Source: Candidatus Atelocyanobacterium thalassae
Lineage (GTDB): Bacteria > Cyanobacteriota > Cyanobacteriia > Cyanobacteriales > Microcystaceae
Direction: 5' to 3'
Length of the DNA: 64,000 nucleotides
NCBI GenBank assembly: GCA_051971635.1
Contig: JBFPLN010000003.1
Span: 96,001 to 160,000 of the forward strand
Shown: piece after piece, positions 12,459 to 22,524 of the stretch
Layout of the letters: the number at the start of each line of letters is the position of its first letter
Numbering within the stretch: position 1 is the first letter of the stretch
Translations under genes and position numbers: made by a program
Notes under the pieces: generated by a model
What the model saw: only the letters and a program-made list of their open reading frames with translations
What the model was told of the DNA's origin: nothing
Database searches by the model: none

Positions 12459-12701
12459 TCAATTTTATTGATAAAACAAATTAGAAGCTAATTGTCAACT
12501 TAGATAGTTTAGGAGCATAAGTTTTAAAGCAAGACTAAAAATATTTAATTCTGTCTCTATGAACTCCCAATCAGTAAGGACCTGAGTTAATAATGGAAAC
12601 TTTATATCCATCTCCTCTGTCTATTGTCTTACGTTTTGGTCATTTTTGCTTAACAGATATTTTCCTTTTTAATAGTCTGCTTAATTAAGACCTTACTCTT
12701 A

Positions 12702-13454
12702 TTAGTGTTCTTCTTCCTCTTCCGATTCAATTGCTTCATGAATATAAGCTCCTGCCAGAGTAGCGAATACTAAAGCTTGGATCGCACTAGTGAAAAGTCC
12801 TAGTGCCATTAGCGGTAATGGCACTAAGAGAGGAACAAGAAATACAAGTACTCCTACTACCAATTCATCAGCGAGAATATTACCAAATAGACGGAAGCTC
12901 AACGAAAGAGGTTTGGTAAAGTCTTCTAAAATTTTGATAGGTAGTAGAATAGGAATAGGCTGAATATAGTTAGCAAAGTAACCTAGTCCTTTCTTACTAA
13001 AACCTGCGTAAAAGTAAGCTAAGGAAGTTAAAAGTGCTAATGCAACAGTTGTGTTAATGTCATTAGTAGGCGCAGCTAATTCACCCTCTGGAATCTCTAT
13101 AAGTTTCCATGGGATTAAAGCCCCTGACCAATTAGAGACAAAAATAAACAAAAACAGTGTCCCAATAAATGGTAACCATTGTCGATAGTGCTTTTCTCCG
13201 AGCTGATTTTTAGCCAGATCTCGTAGAAATTCTAAAACATACTCCATAAAATTTTGCATCCCACTGGGAACTCGTTGAATATTACGAGTTGCAGATAAAG
13301 ATGCAATAACCAATAGGGCAATGACAAACCAAGAAGCGAGGAATACTTGTCCATGTAGTCTTAGATTGCCAATTTCCCAGTACCAATGCTTGCCAACTTC
13401 TAAGGCAGCAAAGAATAAGGTGTTTGAAATGTATAAACCATGTAACATTGTCAT
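12702..13454 (-). CDS. atpB: ATP synthase Fo a subunit (cyanobacterial atpI)
   Basis: [41 protein letters not shown]. Probable start ATG 13454 or 13448. Confidence 0.98.
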   Translation of the reverse strand: MTMLHGLYISNTLFFAALEVGKHWYWEIGNLRLHGQVFLASWFVIALLVIASLSATRNIQRVPSGMQNFMEYVLEFLRDLAKNQLGEKHYRQWLPFIGTLFLFIFVSNWSGALIPWKLIEIPEGELAAPTNDINTTVALALLTSLAYFYAGFSKKGLGYFANYIQPIPILLPIKILEDFTKPLSLSFRLFGNILADELVVGVLVFLVPLLVPLPLMALGLFTSAIQALVFATLAGAYIHEAIESEEEEEH

Positions 13455-13492
13455 TGGGTACAATTTACCAAATCTGGTCACTGAATGGAATC

Positions 13493-13912
13493 TCAATCGC
13501 TTTTTTGCGCTGAAACCATTACATTTTGTATGGTATAAGCGATTATAGCGACTTTATAAGTCAAAAATCCCAAGAAGACTGGGACAATGTAAAGTGTTTG
13601 CCATTGACTAGCCACGATGATCGTAGCTGCAAATAGAATTAATCCTTTGTTACCTAATTTCTGCTGTGAAGTTCCAACGTTCTCTACCTCTCTCCCTAAC
13701 ATTCTCAAGTAAATAATTCCCACGAAAGCTCCTAATAGGTAATTAAGAGCTAAATGTAAGGAGTAGAATATCCAGACACATATAAAAGTGATTCCAGTGA
13801 ATACTATGCTTAACAGCATAAGCGTACGTTGCAACTGATAGTAATCCTGCATAGAATCAGCCTGAATTGTTTCTGTATTAGAAGTTTGAAAGATAAAGCT
13901 AGTTAATCGCAT
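13493..13912 (-). CDS. atp1: ATP synthase protein I (Atp1/UncI-like)
   Basis: [25 protein letters not shown]; first gene of the operon. Confidence 0.9.
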   Translation of the reverse strand: MRLTSFIFQTSNTETIQADSMQDYYQLQRTLMLLSIVFTGITFICVWIFYSLHLALNYLLGAFVGIIYLRMLGREVENVGTSQQKLGNKGLILFAATIIVASQWQTLYIVPVFLGFLTYKVAIIAYTIQNVMVSAQKSD

Positions 13913-15211
13913 ACAGTTACAGGTTTTTTATTTAACTAGAAATTAGCCTATCTAAAACTAAAGCCAATTTTAAGTCTGCAATTCTAAGTGAGCCCTATAA
14001 GAAAACTTAATGAATTACTTAAGTAGATCATCAGATATTTCTTACTACTTTATCCATCGTGTTAGAAAAAGCCTTAGAGCGAGTCACTGCTAATAATATC
14101 ATGTTAATGTAACAACATGAATAGGAGGACTGTACTGGTAAGCATAAGTTAAGAAAGTATTAAACATTTAAATATAAAATAATAGGAAAGTATGATAAAT
14201 ATGAAATAAGTACTAATTAATTATAGGAATTTTGAGTATAACAATAGAAATTACTTAGTTAGTTATTCATATATGAGTTAATACTTTTACAGAATAATTT
14301 GTAGAGAGAAAAATATACTAATGTGCTAAATTAATCACACATTACTTTTCGAATAATAAAAGGTATAACTCAAAAGCTAGTTTATTTAGTAATAAATGCT
14401 ATTATTTTACGTGATTGTTTATAAAAATACTTGTACCGTAAGGGTAAAGCTATTTACTAGCATCTGAGTTATACATAACTAATTCACTTAAAAAAATTGA
14501 TTTCTTAAGCTTAGCTATAATAAATTTTTATTTTGAGGAATGATTCTTAATATTAAAATTTTAGTATTGCATTAATCTATCAGATACAAATAACATAATA
14601 TTATCAATATAGATCTATAGTCTATATTACCTAGATAAACTTGCTACATTCCTCCAAATAAAATAAATTTCAAAATATGATTAATCTTATTTCATTCTGT
14701 CAAATTTAAAGTATTGAGTATAAAATTTTTATAGGACTACATTTCAAGTTTTATAAGAGTATTGTGCATTAGTAATAAGAGTAACTTACAAAAAGTATCA
14801 AGTATCACTTATGCTACTTACTTAAATTCATGAAAAGATAAGATAACTATGCTATAAAAATAATTATCTTACCTTTTATTTTATTATTCTAATCATTTCT
14901 TTTACTTTGCTAATATTTCAGAAATGTCTATCTGAGATGAGGTTTTAGAATTCTTCCAATAAATTTTTCTCTTTTTATTTGTCAATCTAGTTACTAGTAT
15001 ATTTAAGAAACCAGAATAGTAATTTAATGTATGGCTAAGTTACCTATATTTATTTTCATCCTTTAAACATTGAAATATTCAGTTGATAATTATCTATTTT
15101 TTTTTATTTGAATTTAAAGATTTAGCGTTATATTTTTGATATGATGACTAGTGATTAATATTATTAGTCACTGGTTATCATTAATATAAGAGTAAAGGAC
15201 ATTGAAAAATT

Positions 15212-15598
15212 ATGACCAATACAAATTCTACTCCCTTAATGGGAAAAGCTTTACTTCAAAAGGTAAAAGAATTATCACATAAACCTCGAAGAGAAACTGC
15301 TAAAGAGTGTGGATATTATTCAGTAACAAAGGATGGACAAATTCGTGTTAATCTGACTGATTTTTATGATGCAGTATTAGGAGCGAAAGGAGTTCCCCTT
15401 GAGCCTGGCTCTACTAAAGATGGGCGAGGTCGCGAACCTACATTTCGTGTTAGTGTTCACAAAAACGGTCAAATTGTCATAGGTTCTACTTATACAGAAC
15501 AAATGGGGTTAAAACCAGGTGATGAATTTGAAATTAAACTTGGTTACAAACATATTCATCTTAAACAAGTTGATATTGAAGATCAAGAAGCCGCCTAA
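15212..15598 (+). CDS. cyabrB2: Cyanobacterial AbrB-like regulator, cyAbrB2 (Sll0822/CalB) clade
   Basis: PLMGKALLQKVKEL, RETAKECGYY, VNLTDFYDAVL, GRGREPTFRVSVHKNGQIVIG, FEIKLGYKHIHL. Clade assigned from the 128-aa length and the VHKNGQ/GYKH motifs (recall). Confidence 0.85.
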   Translation: MTNTNSTPLMGKALLQKVKELSHKPRRETAKECGYYSVTKDGQIRVNLTDFYDAVLGAKGVPLEPGSTKDGRGREPTFRVSVHKNGQIVIGSTYTEQMGLKPGDEFEIKLGYKHIHLKQVDIEDQEAA

Positions 15599-15656
15599 AC
15601 CGTTTTTAATTTTCATAAATGTAAATAATATTACTAACTAGAATTAAAAAAAAGGA

Positions 15657-15691
15657 TAGTCATTAATCCTATTGCTTAGGGCTAATGACTA
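15657..15691. terminator. Hairpin 3' of cyAbrB2
   Basis: Imperfect inverted repeat TAGTCATTAATCCTA / TAGGGCTAATGACTA. Confidence 0.45.
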
Positions 15692-15805
15692 AAAAGCAAA
15701 CGAGATTACTTTGTTACTATTAACATCTGAACTGTGAGATATGTATCCAAAAATAGAATATGTTATTGTAGATAAGAAATTAATTAATCTATAACTCGCT
15801 CCACA

Positions 15806-16708
15806 ATGTCACTAAGAGCAATACAAAATAGTTTAGATTTAATTCTAAATCAAATTAAATGGGAAGAGATACCATCCTCCCGCTTAATTCAGCAATTTTC
15901 AACATTTTTTAAAACCTCTTCCAGCGAAATCAAAGTTATTGCTTTAGTACTTATTTGGTTCATTATTTGGTCACCTATCGCTTTTTTTATAAGTAGAAAA
16001 ATTAAATGGAAGCCGTTTGAACCGTTAAACTCCAATCAAAAGTTATTACTACTGGCCCCCTTATATACATTAGTTCCTGTTTTAATATTTTTAATATCAA
16101 TTTTAGAGCAAAAATCGCTGATCAATTACGGATTAATTTTTAATTATGACTGTTTAACTGATTTTCTCCTAGGTTTACTTATCAGCCTATCCAGTTTAAT
16201 AATTTTATTTAAACTAGGAGAGAGATTGGATTACTTAAAATGGAATTTCGAAAATCGAATTATATTAAATAAAATTTTATTACCAACTTTAGGCTTAGCT
16301 TTATGGATAAGCTTAACAGAAGAATTAGTGTTTAGAGGCGTGATACAAACAACTTTAGAGGATGACCATAATATATTAATAGCTGCTATTCTCTGCAATA
16401 TAGCTTTTGCTTTACTTCACTTAGTTTGGGAAAGAGAGGAAACTATACCTCAACTACCGGGACTATGGTTAATGGGTATGGTTTTAACAGAAGCAAAGTG
16501 GATCAATCATAGTTTGGGATTACCATGGGGACTACATGCAGGCTGGATCTTAGGAATATCTTTGTTAGAATCTGCGAAGTTAATTACGTATGCGGATTTG
16601 AAAGGTAATTATATAATTGGAATTAGGCAAAAACCTTTGGCAGGTATAATGGGAATTTTTTCTTTACTGCTTACTAGTATGGTCTTATGGTGTTTTACAA
16701 TAGTTTAA
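15806..16708 (+). CDS. CPBP (CAAX/Abi) family intramembrane glutamic endopeptidase
   Basis: EELVFRG, FALLH and WGLHAGW motifs; multiple transmembrane helices. Confidence 0.88.
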   Translation: MSLRAIQNSLDLILNQIKWEEIPSSRLIQQFSTFFKTSSSEIKVIALVLIWFIIWSPIAFFISRKIKWKPFEPLNSNQKLLLLAPLYTLVPVLIFLISILEQKSLINYGLIFNYDCLTDFLLGLLISLSSLIILFKLGERLDYLKWNFENRIILNKILLPTLGLALWISLTEELVFRGVIQTTLEDDHNILIAAILCNIAFALLHLVWEREETIPQLPGLWLMGMVLTEAKWINHSLGLPWGLHAGWILGISLLESAKLITYADLKGNYIIGIRQKPLAGIMGIFSLLLTSMVLWCFTIV

Positions 16709-16820
16709 GGTTAGTCATAAATGTATAAACTATTGGAATAAATAGTCAGTTTGGTTAACAATACACCTTAGAATTTTTTTAAAGCTAAATCATAAGACAA
16801 TAAAGTTTATTTAGAAATTT

Positions 16821-17693
16821 ATGCTTGTTCAATCTTATAAAAACTTTCTGAGTATTGAAAAAATAACAATCCCAATTACAGGATTACCTACTCATCTAAA
16901 TCGAATCAAAATTGCTCAATTATCAGATTTTCATTACGATGGACTTTCTCTCTCTAGTTCATTACTTATAAAAGCAATTCAATGTAGTAATGCAGAAAAA
17001 CCAGATTTAATTTTATTGACAGGGGATTACATAACAAATTCAACTGATTTTATATATGATTTAGCTTCACAATTAAAGTTACTAAAAAGTCAAAAAGGAA
17101 TTTACGCAGTTTTAGGAAATCACGATATATTATGTAAAACTGGAAAATCTACAATAATTAAAGCGTTGACTAGTGCAAATATAAAAGTTCTCTTGAATGA
17201 AATTGTTTACCCTTTAGGTACATGTTTACCAATAGTTGGATTGATAGATTTGTGGTCACAAGAGTTTAATCCTGAATCTGTCATGAGAAGATTATCTTCA
17301 TCAAAACCATGTCTAGTTCTCTCACATAATCCTGATACAGCTAGTATCTTAAAAAAATGGCGTGTTGATTTACAGTTATCAGGTCATACTCATGGTGGAC
17401 AAATCATAATTCCAGGTTTTGGACCATGTTTAATGTTATTAAAAAAAATATACAAAAGGATACCTCACAAACTACAAAAATATTTTCCTTTAGTGAAATA
17501 TAGCTCAAGTATTGTCAAAAATTGGAAATGGAATTTAGGCTTACATACAATAGGCAAGAATAAGATATATATAAATAGAGGATTGGGAACTTATTCGCCA
17601 GGAAGATTATTTTGTTCTCCAGAGCTGACAATAATTACTTTAATTAAAAGTGATAATCAGTTAACTTGTTCTAAACTAAATTCTGGCATTTAA
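16821..17693 (+). CDS. Calcineurin-like metallophosphoesterase (YkuE/YaeI-like)
   Basis: QLSDFH, TGDY, LGNHD, LSHNPD, LSGHTHGGQ, NRGLG. Confidence 0.9.
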   Translation: MLVQSYKNFLSIEKITIPITGLPTHLNRIKIAQLSDFHYDGLSLSSSLLIKAIQCSNAEKPDLILLTGDYITNSTDFIYDLASQLKLLKSQKGIYAVLGNHDILCKTGKSTIIKALTSANIKVLLNEIVYPLGTCLPIVGLIDLWSQEFNPESVMRRLSSSKPCLVLSHNPDTASILKKWRVDLQLSGHTHGGQIIIPGFGPCLMLLKKIYKRIPHKLQKYFPLVKYSSSIVKNWKWNLGLHTIGKNKIYINRGLGTYSPGRLFCSPELTIITLIKSDNQLTCSKLNSGI

Positions 17694-17709
17694 GTCCAAT
17701 TACTGCCAC

Positions 17710-20028
17710 CTAAATAATTTTAGTAATTGAATTTGTACTAGGATCAATAATTTTTCTCCCCAAACCTTTAAACTTAATAGCTAAATTAATTTTATTTTCC
17801 GAGCCTAAAACATGAGTAACTTCGCCCTCTCCGAAACTATAGTGAATTATATGGTCACCAACTAACCATTGAATGTTATTATTTTTAGAATTATTTTTTC
17901 TATACGAAGTTTTTTCAGCAACTGCACTAGTATCGTCATTTATTAAATCTTGAGGAATTTCTTCCAAAAATTGCGAAACAACTTTAATCTCTTTTGATCC
18001 CCATACAAATCTTTCCCGAGCATACGTTATAAACAACTTTTCTTGTGCCCGAGTTATACCCACATAACATAAACGTCTTTCTTCTTCTAAAGAGAGAGGA
18101 TTATTGAGACTACGGATATGAGGTAAGGTTCCCTGTTCCAAGCCTACTAAAAAAACAACAGGAAATTCTAATCCTTTAGCAGAATGTAATGTCATAAGAG
18201 ATACCTTATCGTTTTCATTTTCTAAATTATCTAAGTCAGAGGCAAGAGATGCGTTCGTCAAATAGCCTTGTAAACTTGGATCATTATTTTCTTCTCTATA
18301 CTGATTTATAGCATTATATAGTTCTTGAAGATTCTGGAGTCTGTTATCTGCCTCTTCCGTTTCTTTTTGCTTTAAATCATTTATATATCCAGACTTCTGC
18401 ATTATTTGGTTAAAAATATCTGTAGATATTGCTGCGGTTGATTGTTCTTGTAATTCTTTAATCATATGTACAAAACTAAGAACTGCTTTTGAAGATTTCC
18501 CTGTTAATGTCATCACAGAAGTTTCATCAGTAAGTATTTCCCATAAAGAAGTCTTTAGTTCTTGAGAAGCCTTTAATAATAGATCAATAGTTGTTTTACC
18601 GATACCACGGCGAGGAGAATTAATAACTCTTAAAAGACTAACAGTATCATAAGGATTAACAATTAAACGTAAATACGCAATCGAATCTTTGATCTCTTGA
18701 CGATCATAAAATTTAAATCCTCCTACAATAGTGTAGGGAATATTTCGACGAACTAGAATGTCTTCAAATGGTCTAGATTGAGAATTTACTCTGTATAGGA
18801 AAGCAATATCTTTCCAACTTAATTCAGGGGTTAAACTTATTAATTCTTCAATTTTGTTAATAACAAATTCTGCCTCTATATGCTCATCATCTGCTTTATA
18901 ACAATAAATTTTTTCGCCTTTACCTCTCGTCGCTTTAAGAGTCTTATCAATGCGCTGACTATTATTATAAATCAGATGATTAGCTGCATCTAGTATAGTT
19001 TTTGTTGATCGATAATTATTTTCCAACTTTATCATAGTCTTAGTTTCCTTATCTGGAAGACCATCTCCAAACTCAGTTTGGAAGTTTAGTAAAATTGTAA
19101 AATCAGCCATACGAAAGCTATAAATAGACTGATCTGCGTCTCCTACAACGAAAACAGATCTATTCTTCCAACTCCACTCATGCTTGTGAACTTTTCCATT
19201 TGTTGTTAATAGTTGAATTAAAGTATATTGAATTCGATTTGTATCTTGATATTCATCAACTAAAATATGTTTAAATTGGGAATGCCAATAAGCTAGAACA
19301 GATTTATTTTTTTCAAATAAGCGAACCGGAATTAAAATTAAATCGTCAAAATCTAAAGCATTATTTTCAGCAAGTTGAGTTTGATATTCATCATAAATTT
19401 CTGCAATAATACGTCCTTTCGAATAAGAATGTTCTTTTAGATATTCTTCAGGAGATAAGCCTAAATTTTTAGCATTACTGATAGCATAACGAATTGTTCT
19501 AGGGTTAAAAGTCTTCTCATCCAAATTGAATTGTTTTAAAGTTATATTTTTTACAATATTTTGGACATCAGATTCGTCAAAAATAGAAAAATTTCTGTCC
19601 CATCTTCTTCTTTTACTATCTTGATATTTATTGATATCATACCGAAGTATTCTCGCACATAAACTATGAAAAGTACCTATCCATAACTGTTTCGTAGTTT
19701 TTTTATAAATAAACGAAAGCAATTTTTTTTGGTTGAATTCTGATAAAGTATCAAATGACTGTTTATAGCTTTTCAAAGAAATTTCTTGGGCAAGAAGCTT
19801 GTCAAGTCGATCCTTCATTTCTTTTGCTGCTTTATTTGTAAAAGTCACTGCAAGAATAGACTCAGGATTAACCTTATTGAAAATAATTAAATGTGCAATT
19901 CTATATGTTAAAGCACGTGTTTTACCTGAGCCAGCTCCTGCAATCACTAGAAGAGGACCACAAAAATGCTCTACAGCACAGCGTTGAAAATAATTTAAGG
20001 TAGAGAGAAAGTCGGCAGAAGTAGTCAT
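17710..20028 (-). CDS. pcrA: ATP-dependent DNA helicase PcrA/UvrD
   Basis: AGAGSGKT, TFTNKAA, VDEYQDTN, VGDADQSIYSFR, LENNYRST, TLHSAKGLEF, EERRLCYVGITRA. Confidence 0.97.
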   Translation of the reverse strand: MTTSADFLSTLNYFQRCAVEHFCGPLLVIAGAGSGKTRALTYRIAHLIIFNKVNPESILAVTFTNKAAKEMKDRLDKLLAQEISLKSYKQSFDTLSEFNQKKLLSFIYKKTTKQLWIGTFHSLCARILRYDINKYQDSKRRRWDRNFSIFDESDVQNIVKNITLKQFNLDEKTFNPRTIRYAISNAKNLGLSPEEYLKEHSYSKGRIIAEIYDEYQTQLAENNALDFDDLILIPVRLFEKNKSVLAYWHSQFKHILVDEYQDTNRIQYTLIQLLTTNGKVHKHEWSWKNRSVFVVGDADQSIYSFRMADFTILLNFQTEFGDGLPDKETKTMIKLENNYRSTKTILDAANHLIYNNSQRIDKTLKATRGKGEKIYCYKADDEHIEAEFVINKIEELISLTPELSWKDIAFLYRVNSQSRPFEDILVRRNIPYTIVGGFKFYDRQEIKDSIAYLRLIVNPYDTVSLLRVINSPRRGIGKTTIDLLLKASQELKTSLWEILTDETSVMTLTGKSSKAVLSFVHMIKELQEQSTAAISTDIFNQIMQKSGYINDLKQKETEEADNRLQNLQELYNAINQYREENNDPSLQGYLTNASLASDLDNLENENDKVSLMTLHSAKGLEFPVVFLVGLEQGTLPHIRSLNNPLSLEEERRLCYVGITRAQEKLFITYARERFVWGSKEIKVVSQFLEEIPQDLINDDTSAVAEKTSYRKNNSKNNNIQWLVGDHIIHYSFGEGEVTHVLGSENKINLAIKFKGLGRKIIDPSTNSITKII

Positions 20029-20199
20029 AGAGATTTAAAAATCAAATGCTATTGTCTGATTTTCTGATTGTAATTTTATTAAGTTAATCTAGTAGTAATC
20101 TGAGATAAAGTAAATATTAAATGCTCAGCCTAACATATTAAGTAAAAGAAAAGTTTTTGATTGTACTACGATTGATGAATCAAAATGGAAATTTTCCCC

Positions 20200-20205
20200 T
20201 ACAAT
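20200..20205 (+). promoter_or_regulatory. -10 element of Yfr1
   Basis: TACAAT about 6-7 nt upstream of the inferred Yfr1 5' end. Confidence 0.5.
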
Positions 20206-20211
20206 AGAAGA

Positions 20212-20279
20212 AGCGGAGACAATTGTTTCCGTTCACTCCTCACACCATGCTCCGTCCGGCAATGTTCGGACGGTTTTTT
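20212..20279 (+). ncRNA. yfr1: Yfr1 cyanobacterial small RNA
   Basis: 5' hairpin GCGGAGAC-AATT-GTTTCCGT, invariant ACTCCTCACAC (20235-20245), terminator CCGTCCGG...TCGGACGG plus T-run; located upstream of trxA, the conserved Yfr1 position. Confidence 0.93.
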
Positions 20280-20407
20280 ATTAAATGAGAAAATGATAAC
20301 TTGTGAATTTTACGGAGATTTAAGTAAAAATAAAGAGAGTTTTTCATGTGGTAGAATAAAATCCTAGATTATTCTAGAAAAATATGAGCAATTAAAGGAA
20401 TTCTTAT

Positions 20408-20731
20408 ATGTCAGCTGCAGCTCAAGTTACAGATAGTAGTTTTAAAACAGATGTTTTAGAGAGTGAAGTCCCTGTTTTGGTCGATTTTTGGGCGCCTTGG
20501 TGTGGTCCTTGTCGTATGGTAGCTCCAGTCGTAGACGAGATAGCAGAACAATACGCAGGGCAAATAAAAGTAGTTAAGCTTAATACTGATGAAAATCCTA
20601 ATACGGCTAGCCAATACGGAATTCGTAGTATCCCTACGCTTATGATCTTTAAAGGAGGTCAAAGAGTTGATATGGTTGTAGGTGCCGTTCCTAAGACAAC
20701 CTTAGCCTCTACTCTTGAAAAATATCTTTAG
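20408..20731 (+). CDS. trxA: Thioredoxin (m-type)
   Basis: WAPWCGPC active site; 107 aa. Confidence 0.98.
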   Translation: MSAAAQVTDSSFKTDVLESEVPVLVDFWAPWCGPCRMVAPVVDEIAEQYAGQIKVVKLNTDENPNTASQYGIRSIPTLMIFKGGQRVDMVVGAVPKTTLASTLEKYL

Positions 20732-20759
20732 TTTCTATTAAAAAATTAAAACTATATCT

Positions 20760-20792
20760 AAGAGGTAAGCTTCTCAAGACTTACCTCTTTTT
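20760..20792 (+). terminator. trxA terminator
   Basis: AAGAGGTAAG / CTTACCTCTT stem followed by a T-run. Confidence 0.7.
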
Positions 20793-20982
20793 CAATAAAA
20801 CCAATTACATATATTCACTACGTAATAATTCATATACAGAGCTCCAACACAAAACGAATAAGCCACTAAAACTTAATATTTTTGTTAAAAATTTTCCATC
20901 AATATCTTCAGGAAATATAATCAAAATTAGTTAATTAGCTTCACAATTTTATAAAATAGTCAACTAATGCTTACTATTAACA

Positions 20983-22251
20983 TCAGTTGACAAAGCTAGT
21001 AATTATTTTTCCTTTTACTTTTTTCCCTAACCAAAAAGTATTATGACTTAAAGAATAAAGATTAGATTGAGTAACCTTCCAGGACTTTTTAGGATCAAAA
21101 ATAATGAAGTTTAAAAGAGAACCTACCTTGATCGGATGTAATGGCTCTCCTAAATATTCAAGAGGCTTACTACTTAATACTTTCCATAGTTGAAGTGCCG
21201 ACAATTTTTTAGTTTCTACCAACTCTTGCCAAAGCAAAGGTAATGCTATCTGAAGTCCTATTGTCCCTGGAGGAGATTCTGCAAAAGGTACTGTCTTTTC
21301 TTCATAAGTATAGGCATGATGATCAATCGCTATAATATCTATGGCACCTTGCGAAATACCATCAATTAATGCATTACGATCCTCTGGATTGCCTAAAGGA
21401 GGATTCAATCTCAAATTAGAGTCATAACTACTAATCGCCCTCGAATCTAGTAATAGATGCATCCAAGTTGTACTTGCAGTAATAGGAATACCTTTCGATT
21501 TCCCCCATGCAATCAATTCAACGGAGCGACGAGTAGAAATTCTCATCAAATGAACAGGAGTTTGAGTAGCTGCTACTACTTCTAGTATTGCCGCAACTGC
21601 TGTAGATTCTGTTATGGAAGGATTAACCTGAAGTCCACAACTAATTGAAGAAGAACCTTCTCTCATTACTCCATTCCCTCTTAAAGAAGAACAATCTGGG
21701 AACAAAGCGATAGGTTTTTTAAGAGGTTTAAGATATTCTAATAATCGCCATAGTACTCCTAAATTTCCTATTTCCTGATTGTCTGTAAATCCTAACACTC
21801 CATTGGCTGCTAGTTCCTTTAATTCTGTCATCTGTTCTCCCTTTGCATCTTGTGTAAGATTTCCCCAGAAGTCCAGTTTGACAGAAGAAATTTGCTTTAC
21901 TCTTTGCTGTAAATAGGAAAGAGAAGTTAAACTGTCAACTTGAGGAGTAGTTTGAGGAAGAATACCAATACGAGTGAATCCTCCTGCAATAGCAGAGGCT
22001 GCTAAAGTATGTAATGTCTCCCTAGTTTCATAACCAGGTTCTCCACTATAACTATATAAATCTATTAATCCTGGGGCAAAGATAAGACCTTCACCATCAA
22101 TAATTTCTACTTCTGGAAGAATTTCATTTAGATGACGATCTATTTTGATGATTTTTTCTCTATCTAATAAAACATCACAAATAGAATTAGTATTAGTTAC
22201 AGGATCTAAGACTTGAATTTGCCTTAATAAGGTTAAAGAATAAGTTGTCAT
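20983..22251 (-). CDS. pyrC: Dihydroorotase-like protein (PyrC family, probably non-catalytic)
   Basis: PGLIDLYSYSGEPG, AIAGGFT, LNPPLG, IAIDH, PFAESPPG; canonical HxH absent. Probable start ATG 22251. Confidence 0.8.
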   Translation of the reverse strand: MTTYSLTLLRQIQVLDPVTNTNSICDVLLDREKIIKIDRHLNEILPEVEIIDGEGLIFAPGLIDLYSYSGEPGYETRETLHTLAASAIAGGFTRIGILPQTTPQVDSLTSLSYLQQRVKQISSVKLDFWGNLTQDAKGEQMTELKELAANGVLGFTDNQEIGNLGVLWRLLEYLKPLKKPIALFPDCSSLRGNGVMREGSSSISCGLQVNPSITESTAVAAILEVVAATQTPVHLMRISTRRSVELIAWGKSKGIPITASTTWMHLLLDSRAISSYDSNLRLNPPLGNPEDRNALIDGISQGAIDIIAIDHHAYTYEEKTVPFAESPPGTIGLQIALPLLWQELVETKKLSALQLWKVLSSKPLEYLGEPLHPIKVGSLLNFIIFDPKKSWKVTQSNLYSLSHNTFWLGKKVKGKIITSFVN

Positions 22252-22524
22252 ATTAAAGTTAAAATTGAAGTTAAGCAAGCGTTCTGGCTAGATTCTTAAT
22301 ACTTAAAGGTAATATATTTGTTTTTTAATTAATTGAAGCTATTTACTGTATAAGTAATTATCACACAATCAGCTAAATTTCTTATACTTTACCAATTAGC
22401 ATTTAATATTTTTAACAACCAGTTTGATTTTTAATAAAACAATTTAGCTATTACTATTTTTTAAAGACTTTTAATTATTATTGTTTTGCTATTAAAATAG
22501 TTTAAGAAGTATTGTATTGCTTAA

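Noticed and set aside
15806..16708. Abi-domain protein as a phage abortive-infection system
   Set aside because: The motifs are those of CPBP/CAAX intramembrane proteases, and there is no defence-gene context.
20185..20367. 60-aa ORF upstream of trxA
   Set aside because: It overlaps Yfr1 and runs through its terminator; no recognisable protein features.
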